This document shows positions 15,124 to 28,560 of a stretch of 64,000 nucleotides of DNA, one piece after another. The position numbers and the translations under genes are program-made. The stretch lies in NCBI GenBank assembly GCA_000182565.2, contig KQ257457.1; one strand, 5' to 3'. The stretch comes from Spizellomyces punctatus DAOM BR117 (Eukaryota). The stretch's first letter is position 1, and every line of letters begins with the position of its first letter. The notes below the pieces were generated by a model. That model was not told the DNA's origin, ran no database searches, and saw nothing but the letters and a program-made list of their open reading frames with translations.

Positions 15124-15953
15124 ATGAGTGTCGCTGGGACATATCAAACACTCTCCTCAGTTCAACGCGCTGTTCGTACGGCCTGGACCGATCTTAAATA
15201 TCACAGAACGTCATGGCAAGACCTCTCCGATGACGGCACGGGAGTCGCGAACAAGCTGCTGAATCTTGTTTTGAAGAAAAAGTAAGGTACGTTTTTAAGC
15301 TGTGCGTCACTCTCAAAAGTGCACACAGCACTTATTGGTTGACAGATATGCCCGTGAAACCACAGCGTGGACTCCAGGGTTGTCTGAATTTGAGGGAGTT
15401 ACGGAGGAATATGAGAAGAAGTTGGAGGAAGCATTGAAGGCGCCCCTGGACGAGCTAAACGAGATTATCGTACGATTGGTAGGTCTTGGCTGGCAAGCAT
15501 TGCAGCAGATATTCTTTCTGTGTTAGTAATAGCTGCACACAACATTCACAGACGCAACTGCTAAGGAAGATGCAAATTCTCTACCTCCAACTCGAAACCT
15601 TGATTGATGATACATCGAATAATGTTGGAGAACGGTATGCATATGAAACACCTCTATTTAGAAGCCAAACACTCGAAGGACATGGTATGCACAGCCTGTC
15701 TCCCGTTAGTTCTCTACTCCATAATAACTGGCTTGTATGATCAGTTGGCCTTTTCCGGAAGACGATAGACATGTATGCGACGGAATTGAGTCTCAAGCGA
15801 CGAATAGCAGAATCCTTGCCGAATCTACGCGATCGACGAGAAGCTATGTTTCATTTGACTGCATGGCTGCAGGAGCCGTACCTAGACCTCGAAGCCTTAC
15901 GCGAAATAGACGGTATATGGGAACTGGAGAGCTCAGTGGAGGGTGGTTCTTAG
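15124..15953 (+). CDS. CDK2-interacting protein (CINP)-like
   Basis: WQDLSDDGTGVANKLLNL, TPLF and MYATELSLKRRIA...LTAWLQEPYLD parallel my recollection of CINP (WETLNDAGFTTANNIANL; PPLF; MYRKELLLKRTVA...LSMWLHQPYV). Confidence 0.7.
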
Positions 15954-16316
15954 TCTGCAAAAATTTTGTAGTGCCTGAGGGTTCAATTTTCTCTTGTGAT
16001 GCGCGGAGAACTGTTCATCGTTAGGTTTGTGGTGCTGTGTACATATTGAAAATTTGACGTAATGCGATGACACCGATAATGCGCGGACTAAGTGAATGAG
16101 GCAAATATTATTCCATTTCTTGACAATGTCTCTGTCCAATGTCCAAACCGCCATTCAAATCGTTTCAAGAGATTTCAAGAGTACGGGACGCGATCTATTG
16201 ATGTATCCAACGTAGGAGACGCCAGAAACCCGTCCTCACAATGTTGAAACATTTCTCACCGCCCGAGGAGTATAACCTGCATTGTACATCCCACTGCTAA
16301 ACGCGTCAGGTATATT

Positions 16317-17270
16317 TTAGCAGCCAAGAGATGGGTCCGCTTTGGTGTTCAAGATCAACGCGACTGCACGCAAAATAGGTTAAGAGGTGAGGACAGACAA
16401 AGGGCAGAAAAGCTACATACCAATAAGCCCGTAAAGACCCAAAACTTCCGCAAAAATGAGGATCAAGATCATACCTAAAGCGAATTGTAATTAGCACGCA
16501 GGAAAGCCCTGTTGGACAAGATTACTTCTACTCACCAACAAAGAGACGGGGTTGTTGGGCCGTTCCACGGACACCTGCGTCACCCACAACACCAATGGCG
16601 AAACCAGCGGCCAACCCGCTCAAGCCAACGCTAAGACCAGCGGCAAGTTGAATGAATCCGGCAAAGAGGGACATTTTTGGTTGTACTGAAACAGAGATTC
16701 TTCATAAGATGCCACGATCATGTCGCACGTCCGCATTGATGAAGCTACTCACGGCCACCGCTGAGCAACACGGATACGACCAACCCGTAAATACCAATGA
16801 TACCAGCCTGCACGAGAAATTATTACTGATGTGCCCAAAAGAAATATCCTGACACAAGTTTGACCATACCATAACAACGGGGACAATGTTCTTGGTGATC
16901 AACTCGGGCCTCATGATACCCATAACAGAGATACCGACACCGGACTTTGCGGTTCCGTAAGCAGCTCCGAAACCTGTTTTGAGGAACAGAAATTCCATAA
17001 GCTCCAGGTTCAAGACTGGATGAAGAGTACGAGCTCTGCTGTCCACGACATCTCCCTGCAGGAAGAGTTGTGCTGGACACGCTTGATGATGATGAGACTT
17101 ACAGCTGAAAACGATGGCGGCAGTGCATCCCATAGCTCCAAAGAAGGGGCTACATCAGACAACGATACAACGTCAGCGTTGAGTTTTTCATTACGTGACC
17201 CAATATCAACGCGTAAAAAACAGATACTCCACCTGTAAACAGGGCAACCCTCAGTAAACGTAGTCGACAT
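16317..17270 (-). CDS. VMA3: V-type ATPase 16-kDa proteolipid subunit c
   Basis: Exons give [61 protein letters not shown] and [15 protein letters not shown] with the proton-binding Glu. Confidence 0.93.
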
Positions 17271-17688
17271 CTTGATTGGCTAAAAACGAGAGGAATAGGG
17301 TATGTATTGTGTGCACAAAGAGGCTAGACAAGTCGCTTGAACAAGAGTGCTTTGTTTCTGAGGCACGAGTATGCAAGACTGCGCTTGAAAATACGCGAAG
17401 GATGAAATGTACAGATGGTCGATGGGATGAAAATCCAACTCCGCGCGAGACCAAACGACGGAAAGCGTTGGGGGGAGTCCAAAGCGCCTCCTTGAATTTC
17501 GTCGTGGATGGGCTTAGTAAGGCTGGAAGGCCCGCAGTTGAGATTTCCATATATGGCTATATACATGTGGCACATTGTGGCTAGGGTTGCCTACTGGTCT
17601 GAACAAGGAAGTCAGCTTTGTTCGTCGTTCGTTCGTTTTACTGTCCAAAATCATCAGCAATTTCCTTTTGGCAAAAACGAGCAAAGCC

Positions 17689-18143
17689 ATGTCCACAGCC
17701 GCCATGAACATGAACGCTCAGCTTGAGCACTGTGAGTAGTTTGTATAGGTATGCTTTTACCGTACTAACTACTGATCTCTTGTAATTATCCCTGTAGTGC
17801 AGTCCAAGCATGTCGGAACAGGGCATGCCGACACCAACAAATTGTGAGCTTTTTTTCTTTGTCTGAGCATCAAACACTACAAGTGACTTTCTAACCACTA
17901 TTCTGACCAGTGAGTGGGCAGTCAACCAGCATCGGGATACATACGCATCAGTTATTGGCCACAACACTTTGATCGCTTATTCGGCAGTGGCAGAGAATGA
18001 GAGTATTGGGAGAAAAAAGTTTGAAATGATTGAAAAAATGCTACAGCCATGGTGCGTTTCACATCGGGGGAATGCTATGCTTGGCGTACTGTGCTAACTT
18101 TATATCGTAATGTAGCGGTCTTCCCGTACCACGAGACGACTAA
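17689..18143 (+). CDS. SF3B5: Splicing factor 3B subunit 5 (4 exons; not in the ORF track)
   Basis: Spliced translation: MSTAAMNMNAQLEHL/QSKHVGTGHADTNKF/EWAVNQHRDTYASVIGHNTLIAYSAVAENESIGRKKFEMIEKMLQPC/GLPVPRDD*. Confidence 0.92.
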
Positions 18144-18325
18144 TGATAGAATTTTTTCCCTCATGATTGCTTGCAAGAGGATCTGTACATAGTTCAAGTA
18201 GCGTGTCGATGAGTTGACGATGTATAATACTTTGGAGATGGCAGAGTAGAAGAGAATAAAGTCGCAAATTCCAAAATGTAACCTAATAGCACAATTACAA
18301 GCCTGTGACTACCTAAGGACGAAAT

Positions 18326-20392
18326 CTAAATCTTGGTCAACGCATCCAAAAATCCCCTAGTTACATCCGCAATAATCGTTCTGTCCGGAACACTTGCTGC
18401 TGTTCCATAGATGGCTGCCACATCGCCGTTACCCGCCTTGGGATCTTTACGAATTTGACCAACCGCTTCACGAAGATCTGCAAGCAAGGCGTCCGCAGAG
18501 TTACGGGTGAGCATGGTGCACGCGATGTGAATTGCTGGTGGGTTTTGGAGAATGTTTAGATGCCAGTGTTTTCTAGACAAGAGGTCGGCCACTGCATAAG
18601 TGCTGATCGGTGCCTTTGCAGCGAAAGCCACGACAGATACGACAGGATCTCCAACCAGCTGGAGACCTTCAATTTCCTGAACCCTATTTGCATGGTGTCA
18701 GCTAAAAGGGTTTCTGAACTCCGTTAAAATATAAAGCGGCGAATACCCTTTTTTGATTTTCCGAGCAGTCTTCATGATTTGCTGGGTGGATTTTATATAT
18801 CCATCTTCGCCAAAGTGAACCAAGGCCGCCCAACATCCAGCAACCAATGACCCAGGCCTAGACCCAGCGATGGTGGGTGATGCATAGATACCGCCTACAT
18901 TCGAGTATTTAGTACATGTGTGAAACGCCGATACTGCCATATTTCACATCACACACCCGGCCATTCCGTCGTCACGAAATATTGATGGTCCCTAATGTCC
19001 TTGGACCGGTACATGATCACGGAAGATCCCTTTGGCGCGAACCCGTACTTGTGCGTGTCGACCGAAATTGAAGTAACGCCATCCACACGGAAATCACATG
19101 GATGCTCCAGAGGATAGCCTGCCTTTTCTAAGAATGGTACGATAAAGCCACCTAGGCAGCAGTCCACATGCATCCCTATCTTGTGCTTCTTCGCCAGAGC
19201 TGCAAGGGCCGGGATGTCGTCTACGATGCCATGAGGGAAATTGGGGGCTGATCCGGCAAGCTAGTCGGGCAAGTTAGTGGATACACCAGAAAAGAACTGG
19301 GAATCTAGTAAGTTGCTCACCATAATGGTGTTCCGGTTAATTGCGCGAGCCACCTTGCTGACGTCCACTTTCCCGGTAATAGGGTCAATGGGAATGTGAA
19401 CAATCTTGACTCCAAAGTAGCTTTCGGCTTTGTCAAAGGCCGCATGGATAGTCACGGGAAGCACCCTGCACGCTAAGTTATAATCGTATTCTACCATTGC
19501 AGGTCTGGAGGGGTACCTACATCTCGGGCTCAGTCACGCCGCGTTTGACCCTTGCCATATCACGGTAGGCTTTGACAGCCATGAGCAAACTTTCTGTTCC
19601 ACCGGACGTTACGCTACCACATCCACTGTCGGGGGCGTTGTACATGCGAAGAACCATAGATACAACCTCAGCCTCCATCCTACGTATCCCCGGAAAGATT
19701 TCGGGGTGTAAAGGCTATATTGAACGTGAAGAATAGGTTTGCGATTGCCTGTTTAGATGTACGGCGAACATTCCGATTGACGTACGTTGGTGACTGTGAA
19801 GCGTGCGAATGCATCGGTGATCAGCGAGGATACTTCCTCACCACCGTGATAGATGGCACCAGAAACTTTTCCTTCCTTCCAATCAACATCGCCCATTTTC
19901 TGATAACTTTGATACAAAAATATTAGAATGTTAATGTAAGCATGCGATACAGATCATTGCCGCTTACCGATCCAGTTCCGCACGAACTTCTGCCGGACTG
20001 AGTCCCTTGGAGGGCAGCGTCCGATAGATCTTCTCACCAGGAGTATACTGGACGACTTTCTTTTCAATGCTCTGTATTTGCTTAGCAACTTCACTTTTAA
20101 CCATATCGTTTGCACCCGGGATGCTCTTTCTCGTCAAAGTAATGAGGATCTAGACACACGCTATTTACATGAGTTTATTTCCGCCTCTTTTGACAGGGAC
20201 CTCACATACCTGCAGGATGTGCTTCACATAGTCTCTAATAGCCTCGCCGGGTCCCTTTACAGCAACTTTGAGAGCTATGGCAGTAGCATAACGGTACACA
20301 AATATGAGGAAGACGACATTTTTGAACAAAGCGATGTAAGGTTTGGAGGTGGCCGTTGCCACCGCGGCATTGAACTTTTGAACAAGCGACAT
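18326..20392 (-). CDS. DPL1: Sphingosine-1-phosphate lyase
   Basis: N-terminal TM segment, [19 protein letters not shown] lysine motif [17 protein letters not shown], and [15 protein letters not shown]. Confidence 0.95.
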
Positions 20393-21059
20393 TGTCACTA
20401 ATAATATACGGATGTTTAGTTGAATAGCTTTGAGAAACAGGACTATGGAGTATGATAATACCTTTCTGCCCCAACCAAAAGCTTGCGAGATGCGTCGTGG
20501 TCTGCGTTTATCCGCTGTGATCGCTTACTTCATCCGCACTAGTGGCACAGCGTTCAAAGCGACTGGAATGGGAGTATGAAGGTGTTTTGTGTACGGATGC
20601 ACATGAGAACCGCAAAGTGAACATGGCGGTAGATATCATGGCAATGAAGGTGTAGAAGGAATTGGAAGTAAGCGATAGATGCCTCACATACATCGGATGT
20701 AGAAGACGCTAAAGTCCTAGTTTATGTATTATAAATTCATTGCAATTGCATACACCAAGAACAAACGACTTTCTGCTACTAAAGGATGTCCTTGTCTATG
20801 AGATGCCATGACGATTGATCTTCTTGTCCAAACCTTGAATGAACCCAAAGGATAAAGTGCAATCCTCATTCTTGTTGCAAATTGAGTTCCGTCGTCAAGA
20901 TCCAAGTCCCGACGACTAAGCACGCTGACTCACACCATGACACATTTGCCTATCAACCGAGCTGCCCTTGTCCCCGTCGCAGTCTCAATTTCCATCAAGT
21001 TCCACGCCATCTACGTTACCCTCAGTCCTGCAGTACAGCGCTGCATAGCTCCTTACGCA

Positions 21060-24000
21060 ATGCTGCGGCCCGCACAAGAAGTTTTCCTCACATTCTCAAA
21101 AAGTGTCCCTCGTTCGGTTGTCCAGCGACTGACCGCCACAGGACAGCCTATTGTACTGCAACTGCAATGCGCTCCGTCTACATCTCCATTGGCTCGCTTT
21201 GCATCAACAACCACGTCATCCCATGCTCTTCGCGGATTTCAGTCGCTACCGACAAGAATTCCGACTCTTCTACGACCAAGAAACACGATAAATTCCCTGA
21301 ATGAGCGGAGCTTTGCCACTGCTACTCGCCCTGTCCTGAGCTTTTGGTCCAACAGCGGTAGTGGGAAGAATGACGGTGGCGACGGAGAGGGCGGCGAAAA
21401 TAAGCCGGATAAGGATGATACTACGCACAAGAAGGTGGACAAGGATTCCAAGGATGGTGGAGTGGCGGACGACGCAGATAACGCTAACGCAGCTGCTACT
21501 GGTGGTGCAAACGGAGCTGGGGCACCATCTGATGGAAGTGGTGACGGGAAGGGATCGGATAATGACTTTGTGGAAAAGTTGATCACACAAAATCCGGAGG
21601 GATCTGCAACAGAAATCAACACCAGCGCCCTTGAAACAATCACTGTACCTAAAGAGTATCCCCAATTAGTTGCTATACCACTGAATCGCCGACCTCTTTT
21701 CCCTGGATTTTATAAATCACTCTACATAAAGGACCCACAAGCGATTGCCGCCATCCAAGAACTCATGAATCGACGCCAACCGTATGTCGGCATTTTCCTA
21801 TCTAAGGACGATGAAATGTCGGAGGATGTGATAACGGACGTGTCGCAAATTCACCGAGTTGGTGTATTCGCCCAAGTGACCAATGTTTACCAGGCGGGAC
21901 CTGATAACTCAGCTCTCACCGTTGTTATCTACCCGCATCGCCGTATCCGTCTGAATAATCTGGTTGGACCTCCACCAGAAAAGGAAAAGGACAGCAAGTC
22001 CCCGCCTGCTGAGGAGCAATCCTCGGAAGAAGCGGCAGAAGGTATGTGCTCGTGCTTCACGGATGTCGTTAACGTAACCGCTCATTCCTCTTCACCGGTT
22101 TCTCAAAGATTACCTCCCGATCAATAAACATCTCGCAAACTATCGCGTCTCCCTTGCCAACGTCGAAAACTTGAACGACGAGCCTTTCAATGCCAGTAAC
22201 AATGTCGTCAAAGCCATTACTTCGGAAATGCTCAATGTTCTGAAGGAGATTTCACAAATCAATCCATTAATCCGCGATCAAATTATCACGTTTTCCATAC
22301 AAACAGGAGGCAATGCGTTTGCTGATCCAGCGAAACTTGCAGACTTTGCTGCTGCTATTTCTGCTGGGGAACCAAATGAGCTCCAGAGCGTTTTAGAGAG
22401 TTTGGTTATAGAAGAGCGACTACAAAAGGCTTTAGCAGTGGTAAAGAACGAGCTGTCTAATGCGAAGCTCCAGCAGGAGATCTCAAAAGAAGTGGACAAG
22501 AAGATTACGCGTAGACAGCAGGAGTATTTCCTCATGGAGCAGCTCAAGGGAATCAAAAAGGAACTCGGGATCGATACCGATGGGAAAGACAAGCTCATTG
22601 ATAAGTTCAAGGAACGTGCCGCGAAGCTGGCGATGCCGGAGGCTGTAAAGAAGGTCTTCGATGAGGTACGACTAGGCAATTTTAATATCCCTGCGTGGTT
22701 AATCTCATCTGACACTGGCTGCCATTTTATTCTTCAGGAGTTGACCAAGTTGCAACACCTGGAAGCCGCAGCATCCGAGTTCAACGTTACGCGAAACTAT
22801 CTCGACTGGTTGACTCAAATCCCATGGGGTCAATACAGCAAGGAGAACTTTGACATCAAGCATGCCACTACCGTTCTAGACGAAGATCATTATGGGCTGA
22901 AGGACGTCAAGGACCGAATCTTGGAATTCATTGCGGTTGGCAAACTAAGGGGGACAGTTGAAGGGAAGATCATTTGTTTACAGGGCCCACCAGGTACGTG
23001 GTGATTGTATCTTTAAACTCCATCGTACACGCTCTCACGGACTGTTAGGTGTGGGAAAAACCTCGATTGGTAAATCCATCGCGCGAGCACTCGGTCGAGA
23101 GTTTTTCCGGTTCAGCGTAGGGGGACTTACTGACGTCGCAGAGATCAAGGGTCATCGTCGAACATATGTGGGAGCGATGCCCGGAAAGGTTGTGCAGGCG
23201 TTGAAAAAAGTGCAAACCGAAAATCCTCTGATCATGATTGACGAGAGTAAGTTTGCATTGATATGAATTCTCATTCAGATATTAAATGGTGACATTTTTT
23301 CGTAGTCGATAAATTGGGTCGAGGCCATCAGGGTGACCCAGCTTCCGCACTGTTGGAGCTCTTAGATCCCGAACAGAACAACTCTTTCCTAGATCATTAC
23401 ATGGATGTTCCACTAGATCTCTCCAAAGTCCTGTTTGTCTGCACCGCCAACATGCTAGAAACCATCCCCGCACCGTTGTTGGACCGCATGGAAATAATCC
23501 GACTATCGGGTTACGTAGCAGAAGAGAAAGTCGCTATCGCTGGAAAGTACCTGGCGCCCACAGCGCGTGAAGCAGCCGGCCTGAAAGAACAGGATGTGCA
23601 GTTGTCTGATGAGGCTATCGAGACGCTGATTCGATATTACTGCAGAGAAAGCGGCGTCCGAAATTTAAAGAAACACATTGATAAGATTTACCGCAAGGCC
23701 GCATTTAAGATTGTGAAAGAAGAAGATGCTGAGGGAGGTGTGGAGAAGCCCCTCGCAGTAACACCGGACAACCTGAAAGACTATGTTGGATCGCCAGTGT
23801 ATACAGCAGATCGGATGTATGATGAGACACCACCTGGTGTGGTAATGGGGTTGGCCTGGACATCCATGGGTGAGTTGATCTCCGCCATCTTGCTCCTTCC
23901 AGGGTTCTAAATGCAGTTTTACCAGGGGGTTCATCACTCTACGTCGAGTCTGTTTTGGAATCTGCGTTTACAGATAACGGTAAACCGTCCTTCCATCGCA

Positions 24001-24512
24001 CGGGACAGATGGGCGATGTGATGAAAGAGAGCTCGATGATCGCGTACACGTACGCACGGTCATTTATGGCCCGAAAGTTCCCGGACAATAAGTTCTTTGA
24101 CAAGGCCCATATTCATTTGCATGTTCCGGAAGGTGCTACCCCCAAAGATGGTTAGGATCTCTATTGTTGTTGATGGAACTACGACTTCATAGCTGATAGC
24201 GACGTTTTGCTAGGACCCTCTGCGGGGGGCACAATGGTCACATCCCTGTTATCCCTTGCGCAGAACCGACCAGTAATTCCAGATGTGGCAATGACAGGTG
24301 AAATCACACTCACAGGCAAGATTCTTAAGATTGGCGGTGTCAAAGAAAAAACTATTGCTGCAAAACGATCAGGAGTCAAGAAGATCATTTTCCCTGCTGC
24401 TAACCGGAGCGACTGGGATGAGCTAGCAGATTATATCAAGGAAGGACTCGAGCCCCATTTTGTGGGATGGTATGAAGAGATTTACGATGTGGTGTTCCCA
24501 TCGCAAACTTGA
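21060..24512 (+). CDS. PIM1: Mitochondrial Lon protease
   Basis: Basic presequence, [10 protein letters not shown], Walker A GPPG/VGKTS split by an intron, [14 protein letters not shown] and [13 protein letters not shown] with the catalytic Ser. An in-frame upstream ATG exists at 20937. Confidence 0.96.
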
Positions 24513-24710
24513 TGGGCCGGAGGGACGGGGAGAGACGTTTTCTATGTGGTATTTTTTTCGATTACTTCCCTTGTCTTCTTTTTGTACAATAGAAATACCT
24601 GCTGCTAACTTAAAACGAAATTATCGTCGTTTACGCTCGGCTTCCTACGCTGCTCTTGGATATTGTGTTCAGACGAAGGGTAGCAAGCACACAATTAGGC
24701 AGTCATTGTT

Positions 24711-25370
24711 TCATCTCTTTTTGCTCATTTGTCCAGTCAATTTCAAGACCTTGCCAGAATCAAATGCAATATCCACATCTCCCTCATTTTCCTCGTCGCA
24801 CGTTACCACACTACGTCGCTTCAACCCATAAAACCTCACCCAGTCTCTTACAACAGCGCTCATCACATCCTCATCATCATCAGCCAACCAAAAACCCGAT
24901 ACCCCAGCACAAAAGCACAAAGATCGAAAATACCCGGCAAAGTCCTTGGCTAAATATCTTCTTTTCTCATCTTTCACGCACCATATTCCTCTCTCACATT
25001 CTTTAGTGCTAGTCAGAATCATGAGCACCCTTCCACTCTCGCCACCTTCCCATATGCAGTACCCTCGGGCGTCACCAATACAGTACACTTTCATCTCGGT
25101 CAATTGATTTACTCCACTGTGGCCCACGCAGATAACTTTTGCTGCCTTTGTTCTGACCTCCCACGTCAATTTCATTCCATCGCTAACCATTAAGAATGAT
25201 CTCAAGTCTTGTGGGAGACGATCCGGAGCGTGTAGTCTATCCCAAGTGTCCAGGGAATGGGGTGTGAGCGGAAGACCAGAATCGAGATTGATGTTTGTTG
25301 TCAGAGGACAGGATTGAAGGTAGGCAATGAGAGGGGCAAGGAGAATTGTTAAAGGTCGATTGTGGGGCAT
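24711..25370 (-). CDS. TPGS2: Tubulin polyglutamylase complex subunit 2-like (SMI1/KNR4-like fold)
   Basis: WDRLHAPDRLPQDLRSFLMVSDGMKLTW and YLAKDFAGYFR match the TPGS2 pattern (LPxDxxxFxxxxxGxxxTW; xLxxxFxxYxR). Confidence 0.7.
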   Translation of the reverse strand: MPHNRPLTILLAPLIAYLQSCPLTTNINLDSGLPLTPHSLDTWDRLHAPDRLPQDLRSFLMVSDGMKLTWEVRTKAAKVICVGHSGVNQLTEMKVYCIGDARGYCIWEGGESGRVLMILTSTKECERGIWCVKDEKRRYLAKDFAGYFRSLCFCAGVSGFWLADDDEDVMSAVVRDWVRFYGLKRRSVVTCDEENEGDVDIAFDSGKVLKLTGQMSKKR

Positions 25371-25562
25371 GTTTTCAAGTAAAATGTGCGCCAGAAGGTG
25401 GTGAAGAAAGCTGTCAAATGGTAGATCTTCGGGGGTAGAGCTCGCGCGTTCGTGGCTTGGCTGATTAGATAACCCATTCGGACATTTGGCGCGCTCACCA
25501 CTCTGGTAGACTTGCTGATTTTCAAACTTCAGATCCACCGAGGTTTGAGTTTATGCATCAAG

Positions 25563-28283
25563 ATGAGTGCGACAGTCGCACCTCTCCCAGCGCTTCCTAG
25601 CAAATCCACACCTCTCAAACTATCTTCGTCTATCGCCAACCTCGCCGTTGCCTCCTCGTCCACAGTACCGAAGCAGAGTCCTAAAATATCGACACCAGGA
25701 GCTGGGGGTGCTGACGATGATGGCCGAAAGACATATTTTCTGGAAGGTGAGCTCTTGGGTGCGCAAAGTAAGTAATCTGTAGGCATTGCTGCTAATGCAT
25801 TCCGGACTATGCCAGCGGCCGAGCCGGTCGACGATTTTGACGAAGACGACCTGAACTATGAAGAGGTTCCTATAGAGGAGTTTGAAGAGCTGGAGGATGA
25901 TGATGAGGAAGAGACGCTGGAAAGTGCTGTTAGAAACATTCATGAGCGGAGCTTCTTCGGAGGTTGGAGTTTATACTATTTCTGGTCGTTGATGTTTATG
26001 ATGTGCTCAATTCGCGGGCTTTATATCCCGTATAGTTCCGGTGGAGCCGTCTTCCAAGGCCGAGGAACTCACTCCTACCCTTACCAAGCGCCCTGAGGTG
26101 ATCGATGACTACATCAGAAACTATCTGTCCAGTAAGGGATTGGTGAAGAGCTTGGATGCATTCCAGGTAGGGGCGCTATGCAAACACACGAGCAACGCCA
26201 TCTTTTTCTTTTTCCGCCCACTGAATGCTCCACATTTTAGAACGAATGGTACGAATACCAGCAAAAGGGCCGATTGAGCATCGAAGACATCACAATTGTA
26301 CCAGATGTTTACCAACGCAACCAAGAACTTGCAGACGCATTGCAAAAACTCCGGGTAGACGTCGAAAACTACAAAGACATCGCTAGGTAACCCTCTTAAT
26401 TTAGATTGCCCAAAATTAGCCGAATCCAACACAAAACATCTTACGCTAGCAAAGCCCGCTCGACCTACGACAAACTCCGCAAAGAGCGGGATTTCCACCG
26501 TATGCATCACAAGCGGGTCGTTCAGGAAAAAAATAAGTTGATTGCGGATATCAAGCGACTGAAGAAGCACTATGAGAGTTATGAACCAATGTTGAAAGCT
26601 CTGCAAGTCAAGTATGAGACTGCAATGAAGGAGAAGATGTTGACGAGATTAGAACGTGATCGGCTCGCTGGAAAGGTATAGTAGTGTCTCAATACTTTCC
26701 TCGAACCAGTTTCCACATTGACATAGTGTGTCTAGGTAGTACAGCTGGAAAATGCAGCTAGAAATATAGATAGAAGGGAACGTGATCGAGACCGCGAGTC
26801 ACCAACCGGTATGGACATGTCATCCACTACCTCGGGTTGTTTGCTGGTTACAATTAACAATCTACACAGGTCAATCCAGCCGGTCAAGCGCCAATCCTAA
26901 ACGTGAAGCGCAACCTAAAGAGGGCACGGCAACCACCACGAATAAACCTACCAAAAAGAACATCAATTCCCGCGAATCCACTCTCCCGCTCGAAGATCGA
27001 CCAAATCCCTACGCCAACGTTGACCTTCCCGTTGCCAAATGCGACCGGTTGCGACAGATTCATGTTGTCAAGGGACATGACATGGCGATTAGCTCGTACG
27101 TATAATCCGAGTCTCGTACGGATTGGATTAGTATATTTACAGTTTCATTTTGACCCCTAGCGTGAAATTCCACCCTAAAAAGATGATCCTTGCAACAGTC
27201 TCTGACGACAGGACGTGGAAAATGTGGGCTTTTCCGTCCGGAGAATTGATTATGAGCGGTTCGGGGCATAAGGATTGGGTGGCCGAATGTGACTTCCATC
27301 CGAGGTACAGAGCAGAGATTACTTCTATAAGTTGGATAGCTTCTTAACGTGCACCCACATTGTTCGCAGGGGAGCGCATCTGGCAACAGCTTCAGGAGAC
27401 GGCACAATCAAGATTTGGGATTTCGGTAAAGGGTCGGTCACATCAACTCTGAGTGATCACACTCAAGCGGTATGGTCATGCGCATTTCACGATACGGGCG
27501 ACTTTTTGGCGAGTAGCTCTATGGATCATACAGCAAAGCTGTGGGATATGCACACGTGAGTGCTTTTTCTATTTAGATGGAGATCGGCATGTCTGCATGG
27601 TAAACTGCGTTGATTCACAATGTTCTGTGTGTATCTCTATATAGAGGTCGCTGCCGACAAACTTTCAGAGGCCATGCGGATTCTGTCAACCAAGTCGGAT
27701 TCGTACCTTACACCAACACCATTTTCACCTGCTCTGGAGATAAGACGATATCACTGTGGGATGCACGAACAGGACTATGTTCGCAGACGTTGTATGGGCA
27801 CATGAATGCAATAAATTGCGTTTCTTTTTCAGTGAAGGTTGGTCGAATGATAGCATAATTCACACATTCAACATGATAACCAACATTTGATAACTAGGGA
27901 AACAAAGTTGCGTCCAGTGATGCAGACGGTGTTGTCAAATTTTGGGACATTCGGAACGTCTCCGAAGTAGCCAGCCTTGACGCCGGTCCACATCCGGCGA
28001 ATCGCGTATCGTTTGACCCAAGTGGAACAGTTCTCGCTGTAGCTGGAAATGATGGCATTTGTCGATTATTTAATGTCAAGGACTTGGGTGCGCATGCGGC
28101 TTCCTCGAAGAGAGAAGTCCAAGCACACGACGATGGCTGTCAGGCAGCAGTGTTTGATCGAGCGGCTGAATTTTTGGTGACGGCTGGTGGTGGTAAGTTT
28201 CCTTGCCGTACAGGATCGTAATAGCCGAGATGTTGAAAGTTTATTTCTATTTTCTAGATGGGACATACCGAATCTTTCAATGA
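25563..28283 (+). CDS. SPAG16: Sperm-associated antigen 16 / PF20, flagellar central-apparatus WD40 protein
   Basis: RPEVIDDYIRNYL...FQNEWYE, KLRKERDFHRMHHKRVVQEKNKLI and a series of WD40 repeats. Confidence 0.93.
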
Positions 28284-28560
28284 ATTGAACTGGAGCTGCA
28301 GAGACCTTTTATTTATCTTTGTTTCGTAATATACAAGAATCTTTGGCGATTGCGTTGTTTTCTGTGGCCTCACCTACGTTCTCTGTATCCCCATGAGAAT
28401 GCCCCATCACCTCACTAATTGAGACAGTAGAATACAGATAATCTATTGATCTCTAATGCCAATAAGAGTTACTTGACACAACGGGCGCTGCATATAACAG
28501 TTCGTCAAATTGACCATTGTTTGTTTGTTGGGGTTTCGTAATATAGTTTATACCGAGGCT

